Shown: positions 12,275 to 25,215 of the stretch, piece by piece
Numbering within the stretch: position 1 is the stretch's first letter
Layout of the letters: every line of letters begins with the position of its first letter
The notes under the pieces: model-generated
What the model was told of the DNA's origin: nothing
Database searches by the model: none
The model's input: the letters and a program-made list of their open reading frames with translations, nothing else
Assembly (NCBI RefSeq): GCF_006345805.1
Contig: NC_042998.1
Location: forward strand, 9,858,001-9,922,000
Direction: 5' to 3'
DNA from: Octopus sinensis
Taxonomy: Eukaryota
DNA: 64,000 nucleotides
Translations under genes and position numbers: made by a program

Positions 12275-12479
12275 TTACTCTTTTACTTGTTTCATTCATT
12301 TGATTGCGGCCATGCTGGGGCACCGTCTTTAGTCGAGCAAATCGACTACCAAGACTTATTCTTTGTAAGCCTAGTACTTATTCTATCGGTCTCTTTTGCC
12401 AAACCGCTAGGTTACGGGGACGTAAACACACCACCATCGGTTGTCAAGCGATGTTGGGGGGACAAACACAGACACACAA

Positions 12480-12511
<32 letters not shown>

Positions 12512-12700
12512 GTATATATATATATACATATATACGACGGGCTTCTTTCAGTTTCCGTCTACAAAATCCACTGACAAGGCTTTGGTCGGCCCGAGGCTAT
12601 AGTAGAAGACACTTGCCCAAGGTGCCACGCAGTGGGACTGAACCCGGGACCATGTGGTTGGTAAACAAGCTACTTACCACACACAGTCACTCCTGCGCCT
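12275..12700 (-). mobile_element. SINE family 2 (tRNA head, CORE-like block, internal TA/CA microsatellite, (AAAGAGT)n tail)
   Basis: aggcgcaggagtggctgtgtggtaag...ccttgggcaagtgtcttc on minus. Confidence 0.85.
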
Positions 12701-13329
12701 TACCTGTTTCCTTTTTCTTTCACTTAATCTGCTTCTCGTTGGGAAGTGTTAAAATCATTTATCTCTTGAACCCTGAAAGAACAATGTGATACAAGCTGGA
12801 GTTCCGTTCATGATGCTGTGAATGTACTCTACGAAGAGTACGACGATGTTTTTGCCAGCCTTGAACCCTTGCAGGGAGGAGAATTTTCTGGTTTGAGAAA
12901 GTGTCTTCTACTATAGCTCCAGGCCGACTAATACCTAGTGAATAAATTCGGTAGACGGAAACTGTGTGGAAGCTCGTCGTATGTGTGTGCAGGTGTGTGT
13001 GCTCGCGCTCGCGCGTCTTTGGGTTCAAACTCTCATTGCTTGGCAACCGGTGTCAGTTTGTTTACGTAACCGTAGCCCAGCGGTTCGGCAAAAGTTATCG
13101 ATACGATAAGTACAAAACTTGAAAAATAATTACTGGGGTTCATTTGTTCGACTAAATTCTTCAAGGCTGTCCTCCCGCATGGCCGCAGTCCAATGACTGA
13201 AACAGTTAAAAGAAAGATACCAAATCCGATGCTGGTTCGCTTCTGAACCTTACTCAATAATATCCGTTTATATATATTTTTAACTGTTGGTGCCTAATTT
13301 TATCATCAATGGGGACGGTCACTAAATGT

Positions 13330-14070
13330 TTGCAGGATACGAAAATGGGGTTCAATAAAGCTTTTTGTGATCTGAGAGATTTTATTCAAATCTTTAATTT
13401 TATAAAACATGACAAAATTATCTACAATGTAATACATTTAGCTAAGGAATATTATGAAAACTGAGGGATACCATTTTCACGGAGAAGAAGAATATCTGGG
13501 GAATCTGATAGTGGACTGACGGCACAGCATGAAATGAATAATGGTAGAAATCGTGAACCGATTGAAAACCGGTGTTCGTCTTAAAGACTACAGAGATCGA
13601 TTTTGAATTCATTCGTAATTTAAAGAAAGATTAAAAACGGAATGTTCGAAGTTCGTAAATTATCATGATAATGATGTAACAATCATTCAATGTATGACGA
13701 AATTATTGACTTTGTAATATTCCTTCGATCTCTAATCCTAAAGATGCTCTGGAGTTTTTACATCAGTTTCGAAGGGGTTTTCCCTTTGGTGTGTGTTACA
13801 AATTACTACTTAACATCGCATTTTCAATCGCAAGTTGTGGAAGGTCATTTTCAAAGTTGAACTTAATGAAAAAAAGAAAGAAAGAAATAAAATTGAGTCT
13901 TCCATGTTACAAGAGTGACTAATTAACCTGGCCTTAATTAGCACTGCTAGAAGAATTCCTCTCAGTTGATGTATAAAAAAATGCAACAGTTCAAGGGTTT
14001 TCTGATAGTAGATCTCATTTTGGTCATGGGAATCAAACTTAATGTGGCTGGTTTACATTTAGCTTGAATA
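13330..14070 (+). mobile_element. Decayed hAT transposase 3' region
   Basis: Frameshifted YKLLLNIAFSIASCGRSFSKLNLMK...SSMLQE.LINLALIS, resembling the hAT C-terminal dimerisation domain. Confidence 0.65.
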
Positions 14071-14098
14071 AAAGTTTTATTTCATTTGTGTTTACATA

Positions 14099-14389
14099 TC
14101 TTTATATATAAAACTGAAGTTGTGTGTGTGTCTGTCTACTCCGATTTAGATTCCTAACTACTCCCACATTTTGCGGTGTAGTTTAACCAAAAGTCGTGAT
14201 TCATATCGAGCCCTTCTGGGTATTAGCGCGCGTCTACGATGAGTCTACGATTTAAAAAAAAGATACCATCATTTTTCCGCATTTTTAATGCATTTTTTTG
14301 CTCGGTTTATATAAGGGAAGTAACTCTCTAAAAATGCTTATATAGTTATTTCCCTTACAAACCCGAGCAACGCCGGGCGATACTGCTAG
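14099..14389 (+). mobile_element. Short non-autonomous Helitron
   Basis: 5' TC start, subterminal GC hairpin cccgagcaacgccggg 14362-14377, 3' CTAG, inserted between A and T with no TSD. Confidence 0.8.
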
Positions 14390-14981
14390 TTTAAAATGTT
14401 TTCCTTTCTCACATTTCTCGTAATTGAGTCTTGGGGCATACAATCAAGAAGCTGACCCTGAAAAAGAGAATTGCTGCTGTTTAGATCAGGTCACTATAAT
14501 GTCTCATGCTTTTTATGTGTTGCAACTTGGCAATAAAACTGTGAAATAATTTTGAATTCATTTATGACATAAAAACTCATATTATTTATTTTTCTTACAT
14601 TAGGTGGTAAGGCAGCAGAATCGTCAGCATTTCGACCGAAATGCGGCATCGCATTTCGTCAGTCTTTACTTTCTGAGTTCCAATTCTGCTGAGGTTAATT
14701 TCGTCTTTTATCCTTTCGGTGTCGATAAAATAAGTACCATTTGAGCACTGGGGGTCTTGTCCCCAAAGTAGAAGGAGATGTGTATTTCTCTTGTAAAACT
14801 TCGTCCTTACTTATGGTTTTTCTGGTCGAACCTTGTCGGTTTTTCACAAAATGCTGTCGCCGTTACTCTGTCTGTGTGCATGCGATTAGTCGTGAGTAGG
14901 TATGATGCAATAACAAAGTTTGACCATGAAGAATATATAAGCTAAATTTCAGCTGAAGTTGTTTTTACCTATTTTCTTTGG

Positions 14982-15037
<56 letters not shown>

Positions 15038-15889
15038 AATTGGTTATTGTAGGTATGCATTTTCTTTTAACAAACTTATCAGTGTAAACACTTATAAAAA
15101 CGAAGTTTCCAGATAATTCAGGGCAAAATATGTACATAACTGTATGTACAGATATGTTCAAAAAAGCATGTGCATATCTGTATTCAAAGATAAATACGTT
15201 GTTCTATATTTTAGCACTACTTCATTATCATTTTCAATAGATTTAAAGTACGATAAACTTATTCTCCGGCATTGTTAAATGCACCTGCACACTGTGTGTG
15301 TGTGTGTGTGTGTATGTGTGTACGAGCGAACAGTGACGGCGCCAATGTTCTGTAACAACATTGACAACGTTCAACCAGAAAGTTATGAGGGCGAGCAAAA
15401 TTCTATATAAAGAATGAGTTGTTTATGTTTAATATAATAAATCGAAGTCGAAATCACTTCTCAGTGTACTTGAAAAGTCGTTATAAGTATTTTAAAAAAA
15501 GCAAAGATAAGATAACGACACACGAAAGATGGCAACTTCAAGTAGAACGAACAACAATCACACTATGCACATTACGGTATTTCTCATATTTTGGCATTTT
15601 GCCACGAAACGAAAGACAATGTCTTCAAGTTCCTGGTTTTTCAGTTTATCGTCTATTCACGACAGTTATGCATGAATTGCTCTGTCTTTTGTCCACCACA
15701 GAATTCTGCAGATAAATCTTAGTCACCTGTATTTTGGGAAAACTGCATTCACAGCTCCCACTGCTGTCAGGCAATGTTACAAGAATTTTGAAGCAGTTTG
15801 GTCAATTCAAAAAACAGCACTAATATAGGGATGTCAAAGCTCTAGTAACTCAGTCACTGAGTTCAAAATGAATGACTTACGCTCGTTGA

Positions 15890-16162
15890 TGAGAGCGTCG
15901 GCTGCGGGGTAATTCCGAAAAGCTCTATCTGCGACGATTTCATCTCAATCGAAGGAGAGGAGCTTTCTCCGTCCGGGTTGCGGATCCGTGGAATAAGCTG
16001 CCGGACGAGATGGTGAAGATGCCGACGACCGCTCAGTTCAAAGTCTCCCTCGACCACAAGTGGCCTGAACTCTTTACATGAACACCACCCTGTACATAAC
16101 TCCATGTCCCCCTACATGGCCTTGCTTTTTTGCTTTTTGAGCCAAAAAATTAACTAACTAAC
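15890..16162 (+). mobile_element. CR1-like LINE 3' end
   Basis: RGNSEKLYLRRFHLNRRRGAFSVRVADPWNKLPDEMVKMPTTAQFKVSLD followed by a short 3' UTR and (CTAA)n tail. Confidence 0.8.
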
Positions 16163-16224
16163 ATGTTGCACTGTGGATCTCTAGCTCTCGGTCATCAGAG
16201 TCCTGCCAATAAGTTTCTACCAGG

Positions 16225-16560
16225 AAGCTTTGAGACACTGAAAGCCTCACTGAAAGCCTTCAACATCGACCATGACACTTGGGAGCATCTTCTCTGGACA
16301 GAGAAAGGTGGCGATCAGCTGTCCACAAGGGTGCCAACACATGCGAGACCAATAGGATCGCTGCTGCAGAAGACCGCAGACAAGCCAGGAAGAACAGAGC
16401 TAACAACCCTGTAACAGGCGCAGCCATTCCCTGTCCACACTGTCAAAGATTCTTTCGGGCGCAGAGTGGCCTCACTAACCATCTGCGGACTCACAAAACA
16501 AGCCCACCCCCACCCCAGGATGACTAGATGGTCTTCGTCGCATCGACGGACAAACTACAT
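16225..16560 (+). mobile_element. RTE-clade LINE 3' end with C-terminal zinc finger
   Basis: TLKASLKAFNIDHDTWE, LDRERWRSAVHKG, CPHCQRFFRAQSGLTNHLRTH. Confidence 0.85.
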
Positions 16561-18545
16561 ACATAACACCATGAAACTGGAACCATCAGTTCTCAGAGAC
16601 GGCTCATTTTGGGGGATTAAGATGAAAGAGGCTCTTCTTAATATTACAGCTCTGAAAATGTCCAATCCAAAACGGAATTGAAAGTCTCACGGCGAAAATC
16701 GGCGAAGGGATCTTCTCAACTTGTTATCAGGCTTCTAACAATCTCACTGATCATCTCGCCTTCTAAATGCTGTGGCAAATTTCCTCACTGTTTGCCTTAT
16801 TTCAAACCAATTGGTTGTCCTTAATAAGTTCAGTGACCTGTTGCTTGATTTTATGTCGCGAATTCGTTGTCCAACTTGCTTCGTTCAAGATATTCAACGC
16901 GGCTGGATATTAATTAACTTTCTGCATACATAGCCGATGAAGAATATTGCCGCATCTTGCCAGGGGCTCGGTTGTCGTAGTAGAATTTATTTAAAGAAAA
17001 TGATGAGAAGGCAAAACCTTGCAAGCAAAAATGATATAATGACTCGCTCTCAGTTTGTCTTTCCAATGATTTGGTATCTTTACTAAAATGGAAGCATATA
17101 AGGCATAATATAATCCTTTCGTATTTTGGCACAAAGCCAGCAATTTTGAAGGATGGGAAAATCGATGATATCGACTCCAGTGCTTAAAATGTACTTATTT
17201 TACCAACATCGAAAGGATGAAAGGCAAAATCATCCTTGATGGAATTTTTCCGTAAAGACGGACGAAATGCCGCTAAGCATCTTGTTCGGCGTGCTAACGA
17301 TTCTACCTCTTGGCACAGCATTATACAACACGTGCTGAAAGATCCGATGCATATTGAATGTCCCCGCCAGCTCCACTAGCTACCTATCTTTCCCTTTCTG
17401 GACGTGCAAGAAATCCTATGTACAGTGGACTGAGCCATGAATAGGTAGAGTTGCAATAGAATGGCAAAATATTTTCCCCGCAGCTTATAACATTTTTTAT
17501 GCATTCAGTCACTACTGGGTCGAGTGGTTGGTCGTATTGACAGACATAGATTGCGGAAGGAACAACATCGCTTAAACACCAGTGATATTACTGCTCGTGA
17601 CCGAAAGACCATCATAGCTTAGAAAAATCAATTGAATGTCAACACAAATAAAATTAAACACTGAATAAGTATTGTAGAGTGATGCGATTCAGTATCAAGT
17701 TCAGAACTTACTCAAGATTCAGTAAATTTCTCAGAACTTACTCAAGATTCAGTAATTTTTTCAAAGTTCGAAAAATAGAGCAAAACAAGCAAGAGTAGTT
17801 TAATTTTTAAAATATTTGTTTTATTCCTAATTAATGCGAAAGAGACTAATTTAGACAATTCTCGACCTACTTTTTGATTACAGACATCATATTGTTCTGA
17901 ATATCGTGATGTTCGTAAGTTGCATTTCGGAACTTCTCTATTACTGTACAAACGTATTCCTTTCATAAAATAATCAGTAGTCGTTCCACACAGGGGCTGC
18001 AGTGATATGGATTTGGGATCTATGGTCGATAGCCAAAGCACCGTTTGATTATCAGCAAACTCTCAATCGCAAGTGTCTGTCTTAGTGAATGCCTGCTCAT
18101 GTACTGTGTTCCAGTTTGTCCAGAAAATTTTAACAGCAAGGACAATATACCGCATTTTCTGGCATGCAAGCCCCTGTACGTTGTTTATAAAACTTTACTT
18201 TGAAACCCTGATGAATTGAACAATAATTTTTGTGAGAACTTTCTGAATTTATCTCTTTGATTGTTGCTAATGTCTTCCAGGTGAAGATCTTCAATCTACC
18301 GATTAGCAATTATCTTAGAAGCATCAACGTCCGCATTGAAGTGCATCTTTTCAAATGAAAGGTCTTCCCACTCTTTAGCATAATGCAAATTGGCTACAAG
18401 CTCTTCGGTGTCTGTCACAAAGTTATCATGGTGTCCAAATCTCTTGAACTGGAACCCGATGGATCCAATCTTATCAAAATTTTCAAATTCTACCGAAGAT
18501 AACATTTTCAGACCAAAAAATTATTGTCATATATCTACAAAATAG

Positions 18546-18965
18546 AGGCGCATGAGTGGCTGTGTGGTAAGTAGCTTGCTAACTAACCACATGGTTCCGG
18601 GTTCAGTCCCACTGCGTTGCACCTGGGGCAAGTGTCTTCTACTATAGCCTCGGGCCGACCAAAGCCTTGTGAGTGGATTTGGTAGATGGAAACTGAAAAG
18701 AAGCCCGTCGTATATATGTATATATATATGCGTGTGTGTGTTTATGTATCTGTGTTTGTCCCCCTAGCATTGCTTGACAACCGATGCTGGTGTGTTTGTG
18801 TCACCGTTACTTAGCAGTTCGGCAAAAGAGACCGATAGAATAAGTACTGGGCTTACAAAAGAATAAGTCCCGGGGTCGAGTTTCTCGATTAAAGGCGGTG
18901 CTCCAGCATGGCCGCAGTCAAATGACTGAAACAAGTAAAAGAGTAAAAGAGAGTAAAGAGTAAAA
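18546..18965 (+). mobile_element. SINE family 2
   Basis: Family consensus match. Confidence 0.85.
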
Positions 18966-19334
18966 TGTAAAGTGAATTTTAAAATTATGCGTGTCAGTAT
19001 GGATTTGGCAGTTATGGTCGATAGCCAAAGCACCGTTTGATTATCAACGTGTGGGTGCCCATCATTTGTTTCGTCCACATTAAATTCTGATAATATCGTT
19101 GTCTATACCATCTGAAATAACAATCTTTCTTAATGTTATGAGGAAACAAAATCACGGCAGAGGTACTCTTGTATAGGAATGCTCAGTTTTCTTTTAAATA
19201 ACCTGAATATAATATTGGGTCATCCCATAAATAATGCGTTTTTTTTTTAATATTTATTTTATTTTTCAAATTAAGATAAACAAAGTTCTTCTTTAATCTA
19301 AAATATACTCTCCTTCATTTTCTATAATGCCCTT

Positions 19335-20316
19335 CTATCTATCTAGTAGACTTGCAAGGCCTCTCTTCCAAAATTCACTTGCCCTTGACGAAAAATATTC
19401 CTCCAGTATTGTTTTAGCCTCTTCTACAGAATTCATATTTTTTCCGTTCAAATGATTTTGAAGACTGTGGAATAAATGATAATCGGATGGGCAATGTCCG
19501 GCGAATATGGTGAGTGGGGCATTGTTCCCCATTCAAATTGCTCCAGCCTTTGGAATGTCATCCTCGTTGTATGTGGCCGAGCATTATCCTGATGGAAGAA
19601 CGCCTTTCGTCTGGAAACCAAAGATTGTCGCTTTTCTTCTAGCTCTGACTTCAGCCGCTCAAGCTGCTCGCAGTAGATCTCCTTTGTAATCGTTCGGTTT
19701 GGGTTTAAAAGTTCAAGTGGACTAAACCTTTCATATCCCACCAAACAGATAACAACACCTTACGTGGGTGAAGACCTTCTTTAGCCTGGGGTGCCACTGT
19801 TTCTCCTTTCCCTACCCACTGTTTTCGGCGCTTGACATTTTTATAGAGAACCCATTTCTCATCACCACTCACTATTCGGTCCAAAAAGGGTTCATTCGTG
19901 GGACGTGACAGCAAAGAGCACATATTTACTCTTTACGTGCAATTAGACTTGGAAAGTGTGTGAGGAACCCACTGACCCAATTTGCTGACTTTTCCGATGT
20001 CATGCAGGTGTCGATGAATGGTTGAATGACCAAATCCAAGTTTCTCTGCTAGTTCCTCAACAGTTACGATGGGATTTTGTTCCACCACGGTTTGCAGGAC
20101 ATCCTCGTCGAGCTGGACAGATCTTCCAGGACGAGGCTCGTCTTCTAGGCTGCATTTTCCGGCTCGGAATTTCTGGAACCACCGTTGACACTAGCTTATG
20201 CTTATTGTCCAATCCCCATATATTGCATTAATATTACTCACACTTTCTGTTGCGTTGTTGCCTTTATTGAACTAATAAAGCAAAATATGCCGAATACGCT
20301 CCTTTGTCACTTCCAT
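19335..20316 (-). pseudogene. Mariner transposase pseudogene
   Basis: MEVTKERIRHILLY...RWFQKFRAG...EDEPRPGR, QWVPH, IVSGDEKWVLY, HQDNARPH, PYSPDIA motifs; in-frame stops and frameshifts. Confidence 0.93.
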
Positions 20317-20335
20317 TATAACTTTGAAAAAACAA

Positions 20336-21134
20336 CGGTAAATTTTGGGAAGTACATCCGCACGAATTTCACTAAGAAAAAAAAAAACCCCTTCGGATTT
20401 TTTGCGTGGAATCAGGTACCCTGACCTCCCGATGTGCCGCAAACCCCTTATTTTTGTTCGAAAAAAAAGAGGAGTTGGAAACTGCCCCCCCCCCCCATCC
20501 CGAAATCATTGGAATTTTTTTTTTCTTCGTTGAACGAATTACTATGACCTCCTAATGTGCTACAAGACACTTTTTTTGTGTCCGGAAAACAGGAAGTGGG
20601 GGTAGGGATGGAACCCTCGGAAATTCACCCCCACACCCCAGTCAGGGGGCACTGGCATCGACCACGCTAGAATGACGCATTTTACGTGCCGCCGGCACTG
20701 GCATATATAATATGCGGGCGATGGTGATGATAATGATGATATATATAATATATTGCTATACCACTGAAAGTTTAGGTAAACTTCGTGTATTACATGAAAG
20801 ATAATGTGTGTGTGTGTGTGCGCGCGCGTGAGAAAGAGAGAGTGAGTCACTTCCGAGGGTTCCACCCCACCTCCCGTTTTCTGAACAAAAAAGAAGTGTC
20901 TTGTGGAACATTAGGAGGTCACCGTAATTTATTCAACGAAAAAGAAAAAAAATCCAATGATTCCGGGATAGAGGTGGGGGAGGGGGTCCGGTTTCCCAAC
21001 TCCCTTTTTTTCCGAAAAAAAAGGGGTTTGCAGCACATTAGGAGGTCAGGGTACTTGATTCCACGCAAAAAATTCGAGAGTTTCTTTTTTTTTCTGAGTG
21101 AAACTCGTGCGGGTGTATTTCCCCAAATTTACGG
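20336..21134. mobile_element. Non-autonomous element with about 290-bp inverted arms, nested in the mariner leader
   Basis: 20336-20625 is the reverse complement of about 20845-21134 (e.g. gcgtggaatcaggtaccctgacctcc / ggaggtcagggtacttgattccacgc). Confidence 0.8.
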
Positions 21135-21249
21135 TTTATCCTGTCCCCCCTTCGACTTTAGTTCATGCAGTTGAAAAACCGCATTATTTATGGGATGGCC
21201 CAAAACATGCACATACATCACACACGCACACAGAGACTCACATACGCAT

Positions 21250-22191
21250 ACATAAAATGAGAGAATGAAAGAGAAAGAGTGAGAGAGGGGAAAGAGTGAC
21301 AGAATGAAAGCGAGAAAAAGAGATAGGGAAGAGGAAGTGGGAGAGTGAAAGAGAGAGAAAAGAAAGAGAGAGATAGAAAATGAGAAAGAGAGAAGGGAGA
21401 GGGAAAGAGTAAGAGAGGAGAAAGAATGACAGAGAGGGAGAGAGAGAAAAAGAGATAGGGGAGAGAAAGAGGGAGAGTGAGTGAGAGAGAGAGAGAAGGG
21501 AGAGGGAAAGAGTGAGAGAGGGGAAAGAATAACAGAGTAGGAGAGTGAGAGAAAAAGTGATAAGAGAGAGAGAAAGAGGGAGAGTGAAAGAGGGAGAGTG
21601 AAAGAGGGAGAGAGAGGCTGAGTGTGTGCATCTTTTTTTTCTCCGGAAAAAACATCATCGAGTGAATAATAAACTTGGACGAGAATCCGGTGCAATCCGG
21701 TGCATTCATTCTTTAGAGACGGAAATAATGTAAACCAGGGATTAAGTTTATTAGGAAACTAGTAACCAACAACCCCGAAGGTTCACAAAATAATAAAAAA
21801 TTACCCCTTTTCAAAGGTACCAAAAGGGTGGGTCAGTCGCATTATACACGAGACCAAATTGTACTCGAGAAAACAACATGCGCGCGCGCGTGTGTAGACA
21901 AAGAGACAGACAGACAAAGAGAGGGTGAGAGAGTGAGAGAGTGAGGGAGAGGGAGAGAGAAAGAGAAAGAGATAAGTAGATCGATGGATAAACGGATAGA
22001 TGAAGAGATATTTGTCGTTGACCTTCAAGAAATTTGAAGAAAATTATGATGCAAAGCAAGAGAATGAGAATAGATTAGGAAAAAAATCTTGCGTGTGTGT
22101 GTATACACACATATACAGATGTATATTTTCTCTCTCTATATATGTATATATTTTTTTTCTCTCTCCACAAATGCATATATCTATCTATCTG

Positions 22192-22233
<42 letters not shown>

Positions 22234-23606
22234 CCTATCTATCTATACACGCACACACACCCATGCAGTTCTCTTCCTTCTTTCTTTCTTTCCTTCTTTT
22301 TTCTTTATCTTTCTATCTATCTATCTTTCCTTCTTTCTTTCTCTTTCTTCCTTTCTCTCTTTCTTTCTTTATCTCTCTCTCTTTCTCTTTCTTCCTTTCT
22401 CTCTTTCTTCTTTCTCTCTCTCTCTTTCTTTCTTTCATTCTCTCTCTCTCTCTTACTCTTTCTCTCTTCATTTCTTTATTTCTCTTTCTTTCTTCCGTTC
22501 TTTCTTTCTTTCTTTTTCTTCCTTCCTTCCTTTCTTTCTTTCTCTCTCTTCCTTCCTTTCTTTCTGTCATTCTCTCTCTCTCTCTTTCTCTTTCCCTTTC
22601 TCTCTGTGTCATGACAATTTAGCAGACGACAGGGGCAGATAATTGTGCTGTCCAGCCTTCCTCCAGTCTTCCCCCTCTTGCCTCCTTCCTCCCTCTCCTC
22701 CTCCTTCCTTTACTAATATAAATAAAGCCAGTCGCTTGCCTCGTCGTCACTCAGTCCGTCTTTTGTCCTGCTTGCTATCGAGTCGTTCTTTCTCTTCTTA
22801 GATCCCGCATTGCTGCTGCTGCTGCTGCTCTTAGTCTCTCTCTCTCTCTCTCTCTCTCATCACTTTTGTTATTTTCTTCGCCTCATCCAAAACAGACGCG
22901 AACCCGGCATCGAATACTTCATTAGGTTTGTTAAACACTCTTCCTCATTTAAAAGCTGTTGATCCAAATATATCCATTAATTACAAAACACACACACATA
23001 CATACATTCATACACACACACACTCACACACACACATACACACATACATACACACACACACACATACACACACATATACATACACACATACACACACACA
23101 CATATACACATACATACATATACACACACATACACACACACATATATACACACACATACATACATACACACACACATATATTATTCTAAGCGTGCAAAAC
23201 AAATGCAGAAACGTAATCGAACCGATTTATTGTCTTCCAAGCAATTCTCCTCCATCTCATTCTTTTGTATTTCATATCATATTGTTAACATTTTTTCCTA
23301 ATTTCTTTAAGATCCACACCAAATATCTGTCTGTCTGTCTGTCTTCCTTTTCTCCCTCCCTTCCTCTCTCTCTGTGTCTATCTATCTGTCTATCTGTATA
23401 TCTATCTGTCTATCTATCTATCTATCTGTCTGTCTATCTGTCTGTCTATCTATCTATCTGTCTGTCTATCTGTCTGTGTGTGTGTCTATCTATCGGTCTA
23501 TCTGTCTGTCTATCTATCTGTCTATCTATCGGTCTATCTGTCTGTCTATCTGTCTGTCTGTCTATCTATCGGTCTATCTATCTGTCTATCTATCTATCTA
23601 TCTCTG

Positions 23607-23649
<43 letters not shown>

Positions 23650-24110
23650 GTCTGTCTATCTATCGGTCTATCTCTCTATCTACCTGTCTATCTATCGGTC
23701 TATCTATATTACACGCAGACTGTTTACTCGAGAGTAATAATGCAACCATCCAATTTTTATCCTGCTGTTGTATTAAATTTTTCGTATTTTATACACCACG
23801 AGTAAATAAGCTAAGGATATAACACACACACACACATTTATATATATATATATATATATATAAGATTGGTCGAGATTTTGTGTCAGTGGTTTCCAAAGCC
23901 ATCTCATCGGTTCGGATAACGATCGGCCCCGGTTTATCTTTGATTTGTATCTCTAATTTCGAAATTGAATTTTGTTTCCTATTTTTTTTTAGGTTTATTT
24001 ATTAATTTTTTTCTACTTTGAGAATGTTGCAAAAATTTCATTCTACCTCCCACTGATTATTTATGTCATATATACATTTAAAAAAAATGCTCATCGCACA
24101 CCCCAACCCC

Positions 24111-24193
<83 letters not shown>

Positions 24194-24420
24194 ATCGATA
24201 GATAGACAGACAGATAGATAGACCGAGAGATAGATAGATAGATAGACAGACAGATAGATAGACCAATAGATAGACAGATATGTAATTTGAAACCTAAAAC
24301 AATGCGAAGCGCATTGTGACCAGCGATGTGTAACAACATCTGATAGCCTGGTCGGTCACGGTGACATATATATATATATATCATCTTTCTCACCTATATA
24401 TATATATATCATCTTTCTCA

Positions 24421-24470
<50 letters not shown>
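21250..24470. repeat. Dense compound microsatellite cluster (GA-rich, TC-rich, CA, TCTA, TA, GATA)
   Basis: Direct reading; source of many spurious ORFs. Confidence 0.95.
22717..22925 (+). promoter_or_regulatory. TATA/Inr promoter with candidate non-coding first exon
   Basis: TATAAATA at 22717; Inr-like TCACTCAGTC 22747-22756 (32-36 nt downstream); CpG-containing leader; possible donor TTAG|gtttgt at 22925/22926. Confidence 0.45.
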
Positions 24471-24473
<3 letters not shown>

Positions 24474-25144
24474 GAATGAATGAAAAACCTTGATAGGCAA
24501 ATTATGGAAAAAAATTTTCTTGGTTCGTTTTTATTATTTTTTTTTTACTTTAGTGATTTGACTTTGGTCTCTGTGTATACGGGTTTCTTTTATGCCGGCA
24601 GTTCCACAGACAACCAGTCTCTGGTTTTTCAAGACGCACCATTCCTGCATTCTTAAAAAAAAAAGAGATAAAAGACGAATTCGTGTTTATTATGATAATG
24701 GTTTTTGGTGAAGTTTATTATACTTTGAAATATCTTTTATGTGCAGAATTGAATTCTAGAAGGAACATTTATCCCACTGAAGCTAAAAGTCTCAGTTCTA
24801 TACGTCCAGTAGACTTTAGTTGGAGTATTTTTAAAGAATTTTCTTTGGAATGAGTATTCAATGAATGGTGGAATGTTGTAGAAGAAGTCTTGCAAAAGTC
24901 ATTGGGCAGAGAATAGCATTTTCTACAGCCTCTTTCATTTATTTAAAGGATTTTGTTATTTTATTTTATTTTATATCGCAGTTTGGTGAAAATAGCTTCG
25001 TAGGTTAGAAGTAGTCTGCGGATTTATTCACGGCATTTCTGACAAATATGAATGACAAGTCGTATCTAAATCTGTGCAGAGCAGATATCTTAGGGAACAA
25101 CTTCATGGTGCACCGGTCTTCTTGTTGATGTTTATATATTCTTT

Positions 25145-25215
25145 GCCGGTATCCCTAAAACGAAGCGTGCGCGCACGCCTTCCCGTGTGCGCGCTTCCAG
25201 AGTCTCATGAATGTT
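25145..25215. promoter_or_regulatory. Short CpG cluster with NRF1-like GCGC motifs
   Basis: gcgtgcgcgcacgc and gtgtgcgcgc in otherwise CpG-poor unique sequence. Confidence 0.3.

Larger units (their letters stand above)
19215..21203 (-). mobile_element. Mariner (Tc1/mariner, DD34D type) DNA transposon, inactive
   Basis: 24-bp TIRs 19215-19238 and 21180-21203 (23/24 identical); TA on the left flank, AA on the right; internal transposase relic. Confidence 0.93.

Noticed and set aside
18310-18345. TOPRIM-like DADVDGSHI motif (NADVDASKII)
   Set aside because: Short isolated match in a stop-riddled frame with no other topoisomerase motifs
21129-24393. Long ORFs (up to 372 aa) here and at 33686-34430, 38573-39067, 40124-40511, 50330-50737, 55903-57059
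   Set aside because: Translations of di- and tetranucleotide microsatellites (YI, HT, LS, MDGW, CMYV repeats) with no domain content
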